In this document: piece after piece, positions 8,974 to 18,052 of the stretch
How the letters are laid out: every line of letters begins with the position of its first letter
How positions within the stretch are numbered: position 1 is the first letter of the stretch
From: an uncultured Candidatus Saccharibacteria bacterium
GTDB taxonomy: Bacteria; Patescibacteriota; Minisyncoccia; Phycocordibacterales; Phycocordibacteraceae
Direction: 5' to 3'
NCBI GenBank assembly: GCA_964398865.1
Contig: CAYNOO010000001.1
Location: 43,661-107,660 of the forward strand
Length of the DNA stretch: 64,000 bases
Notes under the pieces: generated by a model
Databases searched by the model: none
Seen by the model: only the letters and a program-made list of their open reading frames with translations
What the model was told of the DNA's origin: nothing
Translations under genes and position numbers: made by a program

Positions 8974-9669
8974 TTGATCTATCTTACGTACGAGTATCTA
9001 ACTGGATATATGATTCAACTCTCTGAAAAAGCATTTAGGAAACTGATGATAGCGCTTGCGGTCTATCTTGCCGCTCTATTCTCAGCAAACACGCTTGGTC
9101 TCAAGATTATGCCGTTCTTACTCGGTTCGCATCTGTCAGTCGCGGTATTTTCCTTCCCTATCGTCTTTCTTATGACCGACATCATCGGAGAAGTCTACGG
9201 CAAGAAAGTGGCTAAACTCTTCGTGCTCGCCGGATTCATCGCGACAGCGCTTTTTATTGGATATTCCTTCCTCTCTCTTGCAATGCCTTGGTCAGATGCG
9301 GGTCTCTGGGCAAAAGACGGCTACAATCAGATTTTCGGAATCTCAGTTCGCATCGCCATAGCTTCACTCGTTGCCTTCATTATCGCTGAATACCAGGACG
9401 TCATCTCTTTCTTCTTTTTCCGCAATCGGTTCGGTGAGAAACATTTCTGGCTTCGCTCCACACTCTCTAACATCTGGTCGCAGTTCTTGGATTCAGCAAT
9501 CTTCATGGTTATCGCCTTCGCAGGAATCTATGCAACCCCTACTCTAATCAGCATCATCATCACGTGGTGGCTCTATAAGGTGGCTATGGGAATTCTCTAT
9601 ACCCCCCTTTCGTATCTCGGCATGTATCTTCTTCGACACGGTGAGACAGAAAAAACCATCACTCCGTAA
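8974..9669 (+). CDS. YhhQ/DUF165 family transporter (queuosine precursor transporter-like)
   Basis: Polytopic membrane protein with FPIVFLMTDIIGEVYG, typical of YhhQ-family proteins. The true start may be internal. Confidence 0.55.
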   Translation: MIYLTYEYLTGYMIQLSEKAFRKLMIALAVYLAALFSANTLGLKIMPFLLGSHLSVAVFSFPIVFLMTDIIGEVYGKKVAKLFVLAGFIATALFIGYSFLSLAMPWSDAGLWAKDGYNQIFGISVRIAIASLVAFIIAEYQDVISFFFFRNRFGEKHFWLRSTLSNIWSQFLDSAIFMVIAFAGIYATPTLISIIITWWLYKVAMGILYTPLSYLGMYLLRHGETEKTITP

Positions 9670-10174
9670 TGCACGCTTCATAGGTTACGTCGCATCTTCG
9701 ATTGACGGACGTATTTCTCTTGCAGCAAAAAAACGCCCCGACTGGACGAGTGCGGAAGATTGGAAATTCTTCCAGAACAAACTCGCTCTATCGGACGCGG
9801 TAGTCGTAGGGCGCAATACCTACGAAGCAGCTAAAACACGCCTTCAGAAAAGAAATACATACGTGCTTTCAAGCAAGGTCAAAAACCCTGTGCGTCGAGG
9901 ACATGTTACGTTTGTGAACCCGAAGCGCACAGATATCGCCACACTCCTTAAGGGTTACAAAAACGTTGCAGTGATAGGCGGTGCGCGCGTGTACCAAGAG
10001 ATGCTCGATAAGAATTTGCTTGATGAACTCTACCTCACTATAGAGCCACTTGTGTTTGGTCGTGGAACCCCGATGTTTGCGGGTGGTTCCAAAACACGAA
10101 AATTCAAACTGGTATCAGTAAAAAAACTAAATGCGACGGGCAGCATACTTCTTCGCTATCAAGTGATACGATAA
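9641..10174 (+). CDS. RibD C-terminal domain / dihydrofolate-reductase-like reductase
   Basis: IGYVASSIDGRIS...DWKFF...VVGRNTYE...VLSS pattern of the RibD_C / DHFR-like family. Confidence 0.5.
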   Translation: MRQKKPSLRNARFIGYVASSIDGRISLAAKKRPDWTSAEDWKFFQNKLALSDAVVVGRNTYEAAKTRLQKRNTYVLSSKVKNPVRRGHVTFVNPKRTDIATLLKGYKNVAVIGGARVYQEMLDKNLLDELYLTIEPLVFGRGTPMFAGGSKTRKFKLVSVKKLNATGSILLRYQVIR

Positions 10175-10180
10175 CCGCCT

Positions 10181-10888
10181 GTGAAAATCACACCGATAAA
10201 GACACGCATCTTCAAGAATGAAGAAAATCTCTCCGAGTTCATTATCGAGCATATAAAAAAGATTCCCGATGAAGCAATACTCGTCATTGCTTCTAAAATC
10301 GTCGCCCTCTCAGAAAACCACCTTGTTCAACATTCGAACGTTGAACAAGGTGGTGAGCGGTTGATAAAAGATGAGAGCGTATGGGCAATTAAATCCGGGA
10401 ACATGTGGCTCACCGAGAAAGACGGAATGATTATGGCGAATGCCGGTATTGATGAATCAAATGCAGATGGAGGAATTATCCTATTGCCTGAAGATAGCTT
10501 CGATTCAGCGAAAGTTTTGCGACAAACGCTCAAAAAGAAATTCGGGTTGAAGCACCTTGGCATCGTAATCACCGATAGCGCACTCATGCCTCTTCGCGCG
10601 GGAGTGGTCGGCGCAGCTCTTGGTTATGCTGGTTTCAAAGGAGTTCGTGACTATCGTGGCAAGAAAGATATTTTCGGACGCACACTCAAGATGTCCCGCA
10701 CTAATATTGCAGACAGTCTCGCAACTGCAGCAACATTGGTTATGGGCGAAGGGGCAGAGCGACAACCGCTCGCCGTTATCTTGGATGCGCCAGTGGAGTT
10801 CAGTGAAAAAATCAACCGGGAAGAGACACAAATCGCAGCGAAAGATGATATCTTTTGGCCGTTGTTGAAAAGAAGAAAAAAGTCTTAA
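10181..10888 (+). CDS. CofE-like F420-0:gamma-glutamyl ligase family protein
   Basis: IASKIVALSE and MANAGIDESN motifs characteristic of the CofE/F420 ligase fold. Confidence 0.5.
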   Translation: MKITPIKTRIFKNEENLSEFIIEHIKKIPDEAILVIASKIVALSENHLVQHSNVEQGGERLIKDESVWAIKSGNMWLTEKDGMIMANAGIDESNADGGIILLPEDSFDSAKVLRQTLKKKFGLKHLGIVITDSALMPLRAGVVGAALGYAGFKGVRDYRGKKDIFGRTLKMSRTNIADSLATAATLVMGEGAERQPLAVILDAPVEFSEKINREETQIAAKDDIFWPLLKRRKKS

Positions 10889-10893
10889 GATTG

Positions 10894-11054
10894 GTGCCCC
10901 CTGCAGGAATCGGCGTCAGCTCACTAAGCTCGCGGACTCGCTAAGTGGCTCCTGCCCGACCTCGCCTCCTTCGGCAAGCTCAGGATGGCTCCGGTTTTCG
11001 ATTCCTGGCGCACGCAAAGCAGTTTGCGTGCTCAGTGTGCACTTGCTTCGCAAG
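10894..11054 (-). repeat. tRNA-trailer element copy 2 (downstream of tRNA-Arg-TCT)
   Basis: 10894-10912 duplicates the tRNA 3' end found at 11055-11073. The conserved core lies at 10913-10958. A partial inverted copy, cgattcctgg, sits at 10999-11008, followed by two perfect hairpins that abut the tRNA. Confidence 0.7.
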
Positions 11055-11126
11055 TGCCCCCTGCAGGAATCGAACCTACATCGACGGCTTAGAAGTCCGC
11101 AGCTCTATCCATTGAGCTAAGGGGGC
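11055..11126 (-). tRNA. tRNA-Arg (TCT)
   Basis: Manual fold: acceptor GCCCCCT/AGGGGGC, canonical anticodon loop CTTCTAA, T-loop GGTTCGATTCC. One A-G mismatch at 31:39. Confidence 0.75.
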
Positions 11127-11181
11127 GTGGTTGAGAGGAAATGATACCTCAGTACAAGCTTATTTTCGAGAGATGAAAACT

Positions 11182-11523
11182 CTACTGCCCCGCCAGTGGG
11201 ATTTTGGGAACGACACTGCTACTCCCGGCTGGGTCAACAATCGGCAAGAGAGGCTCCCTATCTGCCTCATAATTCGCCTTGCGTGCACGATAAGCATTGA
11301 GAACTGATTGAATCTCACCTTCAGTTATTGTTTGCGCCGGAAACGATACGGTCTCCGTGTGGACGATAAACCCTGACTGTATGCCGAAGAACAGGTACGC
11401 CGCGTAGCAGATGAAGATGATGAGCGGGATGAATAAGAACATAAGTGTAAGAAACCAATCGCGACTAGGATTCGGTCGTGCAAATGACACTAAAAAATCA
11501 GAGATTTTCTGGAAACGATTCAT
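11182..11523 (-). CDS. small membrane protein, last gene of pilM-N-O operon
   Basis: 113 aa with one TM helix. 4-bp overlap with the upstream gene. Confidence 0.35.
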   Translation of the reverse strand: MNRFQKISDFLVSFARPNPSRDWFLTLMFLFIPLIIFICYAAYLFFGIQSGFIVHTETVSFPAQTITEGEIQSVLNAYRARKANYEADREPLLPIVDPAGSSSVVPKIPLAGQ

Positions 11524-12041
11524 GGTGTTGGTGTTTTCTCCTTTATGAAGTCAACAGCAAATGTCGCAAACCACATTTTATTATCTGACGCTTCAAATGA
11601 TGCCGTTACGAGACGGGACGCTTCTGGAAGAGTTTCAATCGCAGAGGCAAAATGCGAGAGAGCCCCAAGAGAGCCTCGGGCAGAAAAAATAACACGAACG
11701 GGTTCATGGTACGTCCAGCTGGCGGGTAGCACCGAAACGGATCCAATCGTTGCTTGCACGCCCTCGCGCTTCGCAGTAGCTTCAATTGCATCAATGAGAC
11801 GAACTGAATCACTGTCGGGCACTATGAACGTCGCAAGCTCAGTGTTACTTGACGCTGTTTCAGCGATCAATACATCCGCGCGGCGCAGCGCTTGATCGCG
11901 CGCATCGCTAGAAAATGAACTTTCCTTTGCTTTCCCGATAGTCGTGACAAATCCGGAAATGCGCATACTGAGGTATACATAACAGCCAAGTGCTCCGACG
12001 AGAAGAATGAGACCAATTAAGAGCGGGGTGAATTTTTTCAT
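11520..12041 (-). CDS. PilO-like pilus assembly protein (N-terminal TM)
   Basis: 173 aa with an N-terminal TM segment. Operonic with pilM and pilN, with 4-bp overlaps. Confidence 0.4.
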   Translation of the reverse strand: MKKFTPLLIGLILLVGALGCYVYLSMRISGFVTTIGKAKESSFSSDARDQALRRADVLIAETASSNTELATFIVPDSDSVRLIDAIEATAKREGVQATIGSVSVLPASWTYHEPVRVIFSARGSLGALSHFASAIETLPEASRLVTASFEASDNKMWFATFAVDFIKEKTPTP

Positions 12042-12586
12042 AGAGCGTTCGCATCAAACGTGAACGGTATCGAAAAATCCAAATCTGTCCCATTCACCAA
12101 GTCCGATATCGGCACTACCGCTCCACTAAAAAGACTCCCGTCTTCCAGTTTTTTACCGAAGTTCACGAGGGCAACACGCGTCTTCGCTTTTCCAGAAACA
12201 GTGATGTCTCCTGTTTTGGAGCCAGTGAAAGCGAGGGAAATACTCCGGATTTGTATATCGTCCGATACTCCGGTCGTGAGGTTAGAGAGTACGAGTGCGG
12301 TGGTTTGACTGCGCTCGTATTCTTTAAGAAGTGCCAGGCGCTCTTTCAAAAGTGAAACCTGTCGAACAATCCCTGAAGATTGATAGAGTTTTACACTCTC
12401 TGCGGACGCATCCAGTGCACGAACAGCAGCCTTGGCTTCGCTTTCTGCCAGGAAATACGATGGTGTGAGAAAAGCGATACCAACAATGCACACTGCGACC
12501 AGTACGAAAACGGCGGCACTCAAAAGCCCCGTGTAATAACGAACACGAAGCTCTCTCTGTTCTTTTGCTCCGAGAAGATTCACCAT
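12038..12586 (-). CDS. pilN: PilN-like type IV pilus assembly protein
   Basis: MVNLLGAKEQRELRVRYY N-terminus followed by a TM segment, as in PilN. Confidence 0.55.
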   Translation of the reverse strand: MVNLLGAKEQRELRVRYYTGLLSAAVFVLVAVCIVGIAFLTPSYFLAESEAKAAVRALDASAESVKLYQSSGIVRQVSLLKERLALLKEYERSQTTALVLSNLTTGVSDDIQIRSISLAFTGSKTGDITVSGKAKTRVALVNFGKKLEDGSLFSGAVVPISDLVNGTDLDFSIPFTFDANAL

Positions 12587-13638
12587 GGTAGTGTGCGGCT
12601 GCCGCGAATCGCCAAACCAATCGCGGTTGAATATTCGAGCGATTTCTGAAACTCCATCGGAGGCACGTAACTATCGAGCGAAAATGCATTCGTCCATACG
12701 TTCGCGACCACCACAGGCACTCGAAGGAATGTCTCGAGGTATTCCGGGAGCCCTCTCAAGTTCGCATTGCCTCCGCATACCAATACTTTTTCTATCGGGA
12801 GTCGCGTTATCCCATCAGCAAAGGAAACATTCCAATCACTCAGATTTCTTGCAATCTCATCTTTCATAACCGAAACCGTCGTCATGAGCGCCTCTACGAC
12901 ACTCATGTTCTCTTTGCTCATAAGAAATCCTTTTTCATTCTTCATCTTTTCTGCTGCCACTTCATCGACATTAAGATTTTTCATGATGACATTCAAAAGT
13001 GCGTCTCCTCCCATGTCTAGGCTTGCCGTGAACGACACCACGCCATTATCAGCAACAGCGATGCGTGTCGTCTGCCTGCCGAGATCAACAATCATTACTA
13101 CTCGTTTCCTATCCTCTTCGTTGAGCGCTGCACGCGCAAGCGCTTGAGACTCTACCTCGAGCGATCGCAGTGTAATACCTGCGTCATAAAACAAGCTGGC
13201 ATAGGCATCGACCATGCGTTTCGCATAGGCGGTGACTGATACAATCGTACCCGCTTGGACTTGACGTGCTACTTCGAAATCAAATATTGTCTCCGCAGGC
13301 GAGAGAGGCACGTGCGCCTCAAGTCCAAATTCTATGAGAGACCGGATGTCCCGTTCGGTTCCTGGTACAAGCGTCTGGTAGAGATAGGCTTTCCGTTCTG
13401 GGATGCTTGCGGTAGCGCTGCGAATCCCATGACGGAGCCGATAAGAGCGTAAGATGTCGACGACGGCATCGCGTTTTTCTATATCGCCATCGACGATAAT
13501 GCCCTTTGGGAGTGGAGTTTCATTAAACGACTCCACGCGAAGCCCAAGTGGAGTCTCTTTCAGGAAAACATATTTGATAGAGTTTCCGGAAACATCAACG
13601 CCTGCTGCCGGCATAGTAACCACAGTTGGTGGCGGAAA
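12580..13638 (-). CDS. pilM: type IV pilus assembly protein PilM (actin-like ATPase fold)
   Basis: VDVSGNSIKYVFL...IVDLGRQTTRIAV...VLVCGGNANLRGLPEYL pattern of PilM. The true start is likely MSFRAS. Confidence 0.75.
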   Translation of the reverse strand, partial: FPPPTVVTMPAAGVDVSGNSIKYVFLKETPLGLRVESFNETPLPKGIIVDGDIEKRDAVVDILRSYRLRHGIRSATASIPERKAYLYQTLVPGTERDIRSLIEFGLEAHVPLSPAETIFDFEVARQVQAGTIVSVTAYAKRMVDAYASLFYDAGITLRSLEVESQALARAALNEEDRKRVVMIVDLGRQTTRIAVADNGVVSFTASLDMGGDALLNVIMKNLNVDEVAAEKMKNEKGFLMSKENMSVVEALMTTVSVMKDEIARNLSDWNVSFADGITRLPIEKVLVCGGNANLRGLPEYLETFLRVPVVVANVWTNAFSLDSYVPPMEFQKSLEYSTAIGLAIRGSRTLPW

Positions 13639-13726
13639 TACCGAAAGCACACTCGCGCGAAATGACATACTCTCTATTATATAGTCGTTCCCTTCTCTGT
13701 TGCTCACTATTCCCTCTTGGGCGCTC

Positions 13727-14053
13727 TCAGCGGATGCGACTTCCTGGATCAACAAATCTAGTCGGCGATAAGAGTGCGAACGTATTCCCTTCACCAACAG
13801 CAAGAAGCATTCCGTTCGAAACCTGACCGCGGATAACGCGCGGCTCCAAATTTGTTATGAAAGGAAATTGCCTGCCGATAAGATCAGCGGGCGCAACATA
13901 TTCAGCGATACCAGAAAGAATTTGGCGCGGTGTCTCTTCGCCGAAATCAACTTCCAAACGCAACAATTTATCAGTATCAGGAACATGCTCAGCGGAGAGG
14001 ATGGTACCAATCTTGATTTCAGCACGCTTGAAATCATCTAGTGAAAGAGACAT
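13727..14053 (-). CDS. tRNA-binding domain protein (CsaA/Trbp111-like)
   Basis: FKRAEIKIGTILSAEHVPDTDKLLRLEVDFGEE...RQILSGI matches the EMAP / MetRS C-terminal-like tRNA-binding fold. Confidence 0.7.
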   Translation of the reverse strand: MSLSLDDFKRAEIKIGTILSAEHVPDTDKLLRLEVDFGEETPRQILSGIAEYVAPADLIGRQFPFITNLEPRVIRGQVSNGMLLAVGEGNTFALLSPTRFVDPGSRIR

Positions 14054-14057
14054 AGAT

Positions 14058-14441
14058 TTATTTTCTGCTCCGTTCTATAAAACTATTAAGAATTATAGCT
14101 GCTGCTTTCGCATCTACAAACGTATCATCGGAATCACGCCTAGCCTCAACGGAGCTATAGAATTCTGGTTCATAAACAACTTTCATTCCGGTTGCCTGCT
14201 CCAAATCGTTCACAAATCGGCGGGCGGGCGTCATAACTGCATTATCATTGCCATCCTTATCCTTTGACTCCCCCACCACTACCTCCGTAATATTTTCGCT
14301 TCGTATGAGTTCAACTAGCGTAGGAACGAGAGTGCGGTCACTCGGGAAAACTGCTTTAGCAAAAGCGACAGAGCCGGACTCGTCGGAAACCGCAACGCCA
14401 ACGCGTTTCGTGCCATAGTCTATACCCATGAGCTTAGACAC
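14058..14441 (-). CDS. ruvX: Holliday junction resolvase-like YqgF/RuvX
   Basis: MGIDYGTKRVGVAVSD N-terminal motif. Confidence 0.85.
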   Translation of the reverse strand: MSKLMGIDYGTKRVGVAVSDESGSVAFAKAVFPSDRTLVPTLVELIRSENITEVVVGESKDKDGNDNAVMTPARRFVNDLEQATGMKVVYEPEFYSSVEARRDSDDTFVDAKAAAIILNSFIERSRK

Positions 14442-14499
14442 CGTAGTAGAGGCAGTATAGCGCGTTGCCAGTCGACAGCGAACGGGTTACGATAGTTAT

Positions 14500-14733
14500 A
14501 TGTTCGGTTTCAACGTCGTGAGCTGGAATCTCTGGATTATTCTCGCTATCCTCTGGACTCTTCCGTGGAAAGGCTATGCCCTATGGCTTGCTGCGAGGAA
14601 CAATCATCCGCGTTGGTTCATCGCGCTTCTTTTGCTCAACACTGTTGCAATTCTTGAAATAATCTATATCTTCGCAATAGGCCGCAAGGCTGCGAGAAAG
14701 GGACCGGATACCACCTCCGCCCCAAGTTCGTAG
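14500..14733 (+). CDS. small membrane protein
   Basis: 77 aa with two hydrophobic helices. Confidence 0.35.
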   Translation: MFGFNVVSWNLWIILAILWTLPWKGYALWLAARNNHPRWFIALLLLNTVAILEIIYIFAIGRKAARKGPDTTSAPSS

Positions 14734-14749
14734 ACTCCCGGAGGAGTCG

Positions 14750-14837
14750 CATAGTGGTCTAGTGCACCTGTCTTGAAAACAGGCGTGGGGTGACCCACCG
14801 AGAGTTCGAATCTCTCCTCCTCCGCAATGATTCGTAA
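14750..14837 (+). tRNA. tRNA-Ser (TGA)
   Basis: Acceptor GGAGGAG/CTCCTCC, anticodon loop CTTGAAA, long variable arm, T-loop GAGAGTTCGAATCTCTC. Confidence 0.8.
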
Positions 14838-14890
14838 AAAGCCAGCACTGCGGTTCTTTGAATATTGGTGATTATACTTACTAAACACTT

Positions 14891-15256
14891 ATGCAGAACC
14901 CGCAAAGATCCTACAACGGAATCGTCATCAAAGGCGAGAACACCGGGACGCGACTTGGTTTCCCGACAGCAAATATCCCGCTCGAAGACATGGGGGTGGA
15001 CGGCATTTACGCCGCAACGGTCACCGTGGACGACATAGTGTACGAAGCGGGTGTGTACGCAAACCAGCGTCGCAACATTCTTGAGGCGCATCTATTGGAT
15101 TTTTCGGGTGATCTTTATGGGCAATCAATCACTATTACTCTCTACGAAAAAATCAGGGAAGAAAAAGAATTTGGCTCATTTGCTAATGAAGCTGAACTTT
15201 CTCAGACAATTGCGCAAGATATCAAGCGTGTACGTGCATATTTCAGAAAATCCTGA
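14891..15256 (+). CDS. riboflavin kinase domain protein
   Basis: GIVIKGENTGTRLGFPTANI and YGQSITITLYEKIR match the RFK fold. Confidence 0.75.
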   Translation: MQNPQRSYNGIVIKGENTGTRLGFPTANIPLEDMGVDGIYAATVTVDDIVYEAGVYANQRRNILEAHLLDFSGDLYGQSITITLYEKIREEKEFGSFANEAELSQTIAQDIKRVRAYFRKS

Positions 15257-15276
15257 TAGCGCGCTATTCTTGCAGG

Positions 15277-16203
15277 ATGGATATATTTAAAAAATACGCC
15301 CCGTTTATGGTTCTGTTCGCAGCGATGCTGTGGGCAACTGACGCGCCTTTTCGCGTCCATTTGACACACGAGCTTTCAAGCAGCTTCATTGTTCTCGCTG
15401 AGCATTTTATCGCCGTTCTTTTTATTCTTCCCATATTGATTTTCAATCTTGCGGAACTCAAGAAATTGAGACTGAAAGAGTGGTTCGCGGTCCTTTTTAT
15501 CGCTATCGGCGGAAGCGCTTTGGCGTCGGTTGCGTTCACGCAGGCGTTCCATTATCTAAATCCGTCAGTGGCGATTCTGCTGCAAAAACTGCAACCATTC
15601 ATGGTCATCGGCTTGGCAGCAGTCGTTCTTAAGGAAACGCTGTCTCGTCGCTTTTGGCTCTTTGCCACTGTGTCGCTTATAGGCGCCTACCTCATCTCAT
15701 TCCCCAACTTCATTCCTCAGACATACCCGGGCGAGACATTCAACGCCAACCTAGTTGGCGTGGGTCTCGCGCTCATCGCTGCATTCTTCTGGGGCGCGTC
15801 GACCGTATTTGGAAAAGTCGTACTGAACAAGACAAACTTTAAGGTCATGACGGCACTGAGGTTTTCAGTGGCATTCGTGTTTCTTATCTTCTTGAATATG
15901 GCTCAGCATTCATTCCCAGTATGGAGTTCCATCACGTCCACTGATTACCTCTTCATATTCATCATCGGCATGACTTCGGGGGTCGTCTCTCTCTTTATCT
16001 ACTACAAAGGGTTGGAGAACACGCGCGCATCTGTCGCCACTTTGGCAGAACTGGGATTTCCTCTTGCTGCGGTCATCGTAAACTGGCTATTCTTGGATGC
16101 TGTTCTTCTGCCAATGCAAATCTTGGGTATCGCCATTCTACTCGGAGGTGTGTATGGTCTTGCAAAATATAATAGAGAAACCGAGGCGATTAGCGCCACG
16201 TGA
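15277..16203 (+). CDS. EamA/DMT superfamily transporter
   Basis: 308 aa with about ten TM segments and a duplicated EamA-like architecture. Confidence 0.7.
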   Translation: MDIFKKYAPFMVLFAAMLWATDAPFRVHLTHELSSSFIVLAEHFIAVLFILPILIFNLAELKKLRLKEWFAVLFIAIGGSALASVAFTQAFHYLNPSVAILLQKLQPFMVIGLAAVVLKETLSRRFWLFATVSLIGAYLISFPNFIPQTYPGETFNANLVGVGLALIAAFFWGASTVFGKVVLNKTNFKVMTALRFSVAFVFLIFLNMAQHSFPVWSSITSTDYLFIFIIGMTSGVVSLFIYYKGLENTRASVATLAELGFPLAAVIVNWLFLDAVLLPMQILGIAILLGGVYGLAKYNRETEAISAT

Positions 16204-16228
16204 CGAACATGAGAAGAATTTTTCTGCT

Positions 16229-16951
16229 CTAAACTCTAAAGAGCGTTTCTCCAGCTCTTCTTTCTATTTCTTGAATGGATTTGTTGCGATGAATTATCTC
16301 GTCATTACGAACTGATCTGAAAAAATCATATTGATTCTTAGAATCGCGCCCGTACCACTCCAGGTAAGCGCTATGAATTGGTTTTTTCTTAAGCTCCTCC
16401 TCATTAGCACGTAGGAAACGATCGTATTGCTCAAAAGCATGCGCTTCGAACAGGTAGTTTAATTCAAATGCGTACCGCGCATTTAACAAATACAGCCAGT
16501 ATGCTATCCAAAAATAAAGGAAGGCGAAAATCATCGGAATGACCGTATGCAAAAACACGTTTGCTTTTTGTACCTCCTTTGCAAGAGTTGAGATAACAAC
16601 AACATGCATGGTCTCGTTGTCTTTCGCTATGCGTGCAAACTTAGCAAGAGCAGAGAGGCGCATTGCCTTTTCTTCATTGCGATAGAACATCGTAAGAAAT
16701 GTGAAAGCGGCGGAATCCCATGAATGGTAGGGTACGCGAGCAATTACCTCAATTGCTCTGAACTTCAGATACGAAGGTTCTTTCCCATACACGACGTTCG
16801 CACACCCAACGAGTAGGCGCCCGAGGATGCGCGGAAGAAAGTGGGGTTTATAGTCATCATAGGGTCGTTTGTATTCTTGGAGGACTTCGGGGTCATTGAG
16901 CTTAGTGTTCAGATCCTCAAGCGCTTTATCATGATATTCCATAGGGTGCAT
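16229..16951 (-). CDS. alternative oxidase (AOX/PTOX)-like di-iron carboxylate protein
   Basis: Four iron-ligand motifs in AOX order: IEVIARVP (E), NETMHV (ExxH), LFEAHAF (E..H) and RNDEIIH (ExxH). Confidence 0.55.
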   Translation of the reverse strand: MHPMEYHDKALEDLNTKLNDPEVLQEYKRPYDDYKPHFLPRILGRLLVGCANVVYGKEPSYLKFRAIEVIARVPYHSWDSAAFTFLTMFYRNEEKAMRLSALAKFARIAKDNETMHVVVISTLAKEVQKANVFLHTVIPMIFAFLYFWIAYWLYLLNARYAFELNYLFEAHAFEQYDRFLRANEEELKKKPIHSAYLEWYGRDSKNQYDFFRSVRNDEIIHRNKSIQEIERRAGETLFRV

Positions 16952-17032
16952 TGTAAACTACTCGGCTAAAAGAAAGGCATAAACGTATACTTCTAAAAAT
17001 GGCATGATACCTCATGCGGTAGGAACGACTTT

Positions 17033-17542
17033 TTGCAAACCTTTGTTCATTACTTTAGCTCACGGGGTATACTGGGCGGAATGGAAAACCAGGTACTCGT
17101 GAGCTGGCAGGCGCGGGAATATGAATTCCGCCCTAAGGAGCGGCAATGGTATTGGACGATAGGCATCGTCGCGATTGGTGCGGCTGTTGCTGCGTTCATT
17201 TTGAGAGACTACCTCTTCTCGCTCATCGCCATCATAGGCGGTTTCGCAGTAATGTTGATTGGTTCAAAAAAACCCTCAAAGCACAATTACAGCCTCTCAG
17301 AAAAAGGACTCTCCATTGGCACCCATCTCATTCCCTACTCCTTAATGACTAGGTTTTCCATCCGTGAAGATGAACCGAGAAAACTCAGTGTAGAAACAAA
17401 AAGGTTGACCGGCACCGTTAGCGCCCCATTGGGAGACGCCGATTACCGTCAGATACGCACTGAACTCAAAAATAGAAACATAGAGGAAGTTGAGGTCTTG
17501 GACTCATTTATAGACCAAGTCGTTGGCGGCATGGGGCTTTGA
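17033..17542 (+). CDS. hypothetical membrane protein
   Basis: Two adjacent TM helices, then a hydrophilic domain. The start may be MENQVL. Confidence 0.35.
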   Translation: MQTFVHYFSSRGILGGMENQVLVSWQAREYEFRPKERQWYWTIGIVAIGAAVAAFILRDYLFSLIAIIGGFAVMLIGSKKPSKHNYSLSEKGLSIGTHLIPYSLMTRFSIREDEPRKLSVETKRLTGTVSAPLGDADYRQIRTELKNRNIEEVEVLDSFIDQVVGGMGL

Positions 17543-17749
17543 GCAACAGTCCGTGTTTTTTTGGCGTTTTGTGGTAGATTTGTGGGACTGCTTGGGGAAG
17601 TAGGCGCTCCCGTAAGCGAAGCTTTCGAGAGCGTGTCCTGAGAAAATACGCTGACGCTTTTTTGCTCAGTCGGGTCGGAACGAAAGAGTGCTTTCGTTTG
17701 CCCCTTCTTCACAAAAGCCGCGCTTTGCGCTATTTTCCTAAGAGACTAT

Positions 17750-17821
17750 GCTCCCGTCGTTCAATGGATAGGACATATCCTTGCGGAGGATACGATGTGG
17801 GTTCGATTCCTGCCGGGAGCA
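17750..17821 (+). tRNA. tRNA-Arg (GCG anticodon)
   Basis: Manual fold: acceptor GCTCCCG/CGGGAGC, anticodon arm TATCC-TTGCGGA-GGATA. Confidence 0.75.
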
Positions 17822-18007
17822 CAAGTACAAAAACAAGCTGCGCAAGCAGCTATTTTTGTTTGTGCTCCCGGAGCACGACAACTGCTTGTCGTGCGTCAGA
17901 AATCGAAAACCGGAGCCATGTCGCCTTTGCGACAGGCGAGGTCGGGCAGGAGCCACTTAGCGAGTCTTCGAGCTTAGTGAGATGCGCCGATTCCTGCCGG
18001 GAGCACA
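17822..18007 (+). repeat. tRNA-trailer element copy 3 (downstream of tRNA-Arg-GCG)
   Basis: Partial inverted copy of the tRNA 3' end at 17860-17871. Hairpin at 17872-17894. Conserved core (reverse-complement orientation) at 17943-17988. Direct 19-nt copy of the tRNA 3' end at 17989-18007. Confidence 0.7.
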
Positions 18008-18013
18008 AATACA

Positions 18014-18046
18014 AAAAACTCCAGACAATTGTCTGGAGTTTTTTGA
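18014..18046. terminator. bidirectional rho-independent terminator (tRNA-Arg/element and rpsT)
   Basis: ctccagaca-attg-tctggag stem flanked by an A6 run and a T6 run. Confidence 0.75.
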
Positions 18047-18052
18047 TTTTAA

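Noticed and set aside
14664-14888. 74-aa minus-strand ORF
   Set aside because: Lies on top of tRNA-Ser.
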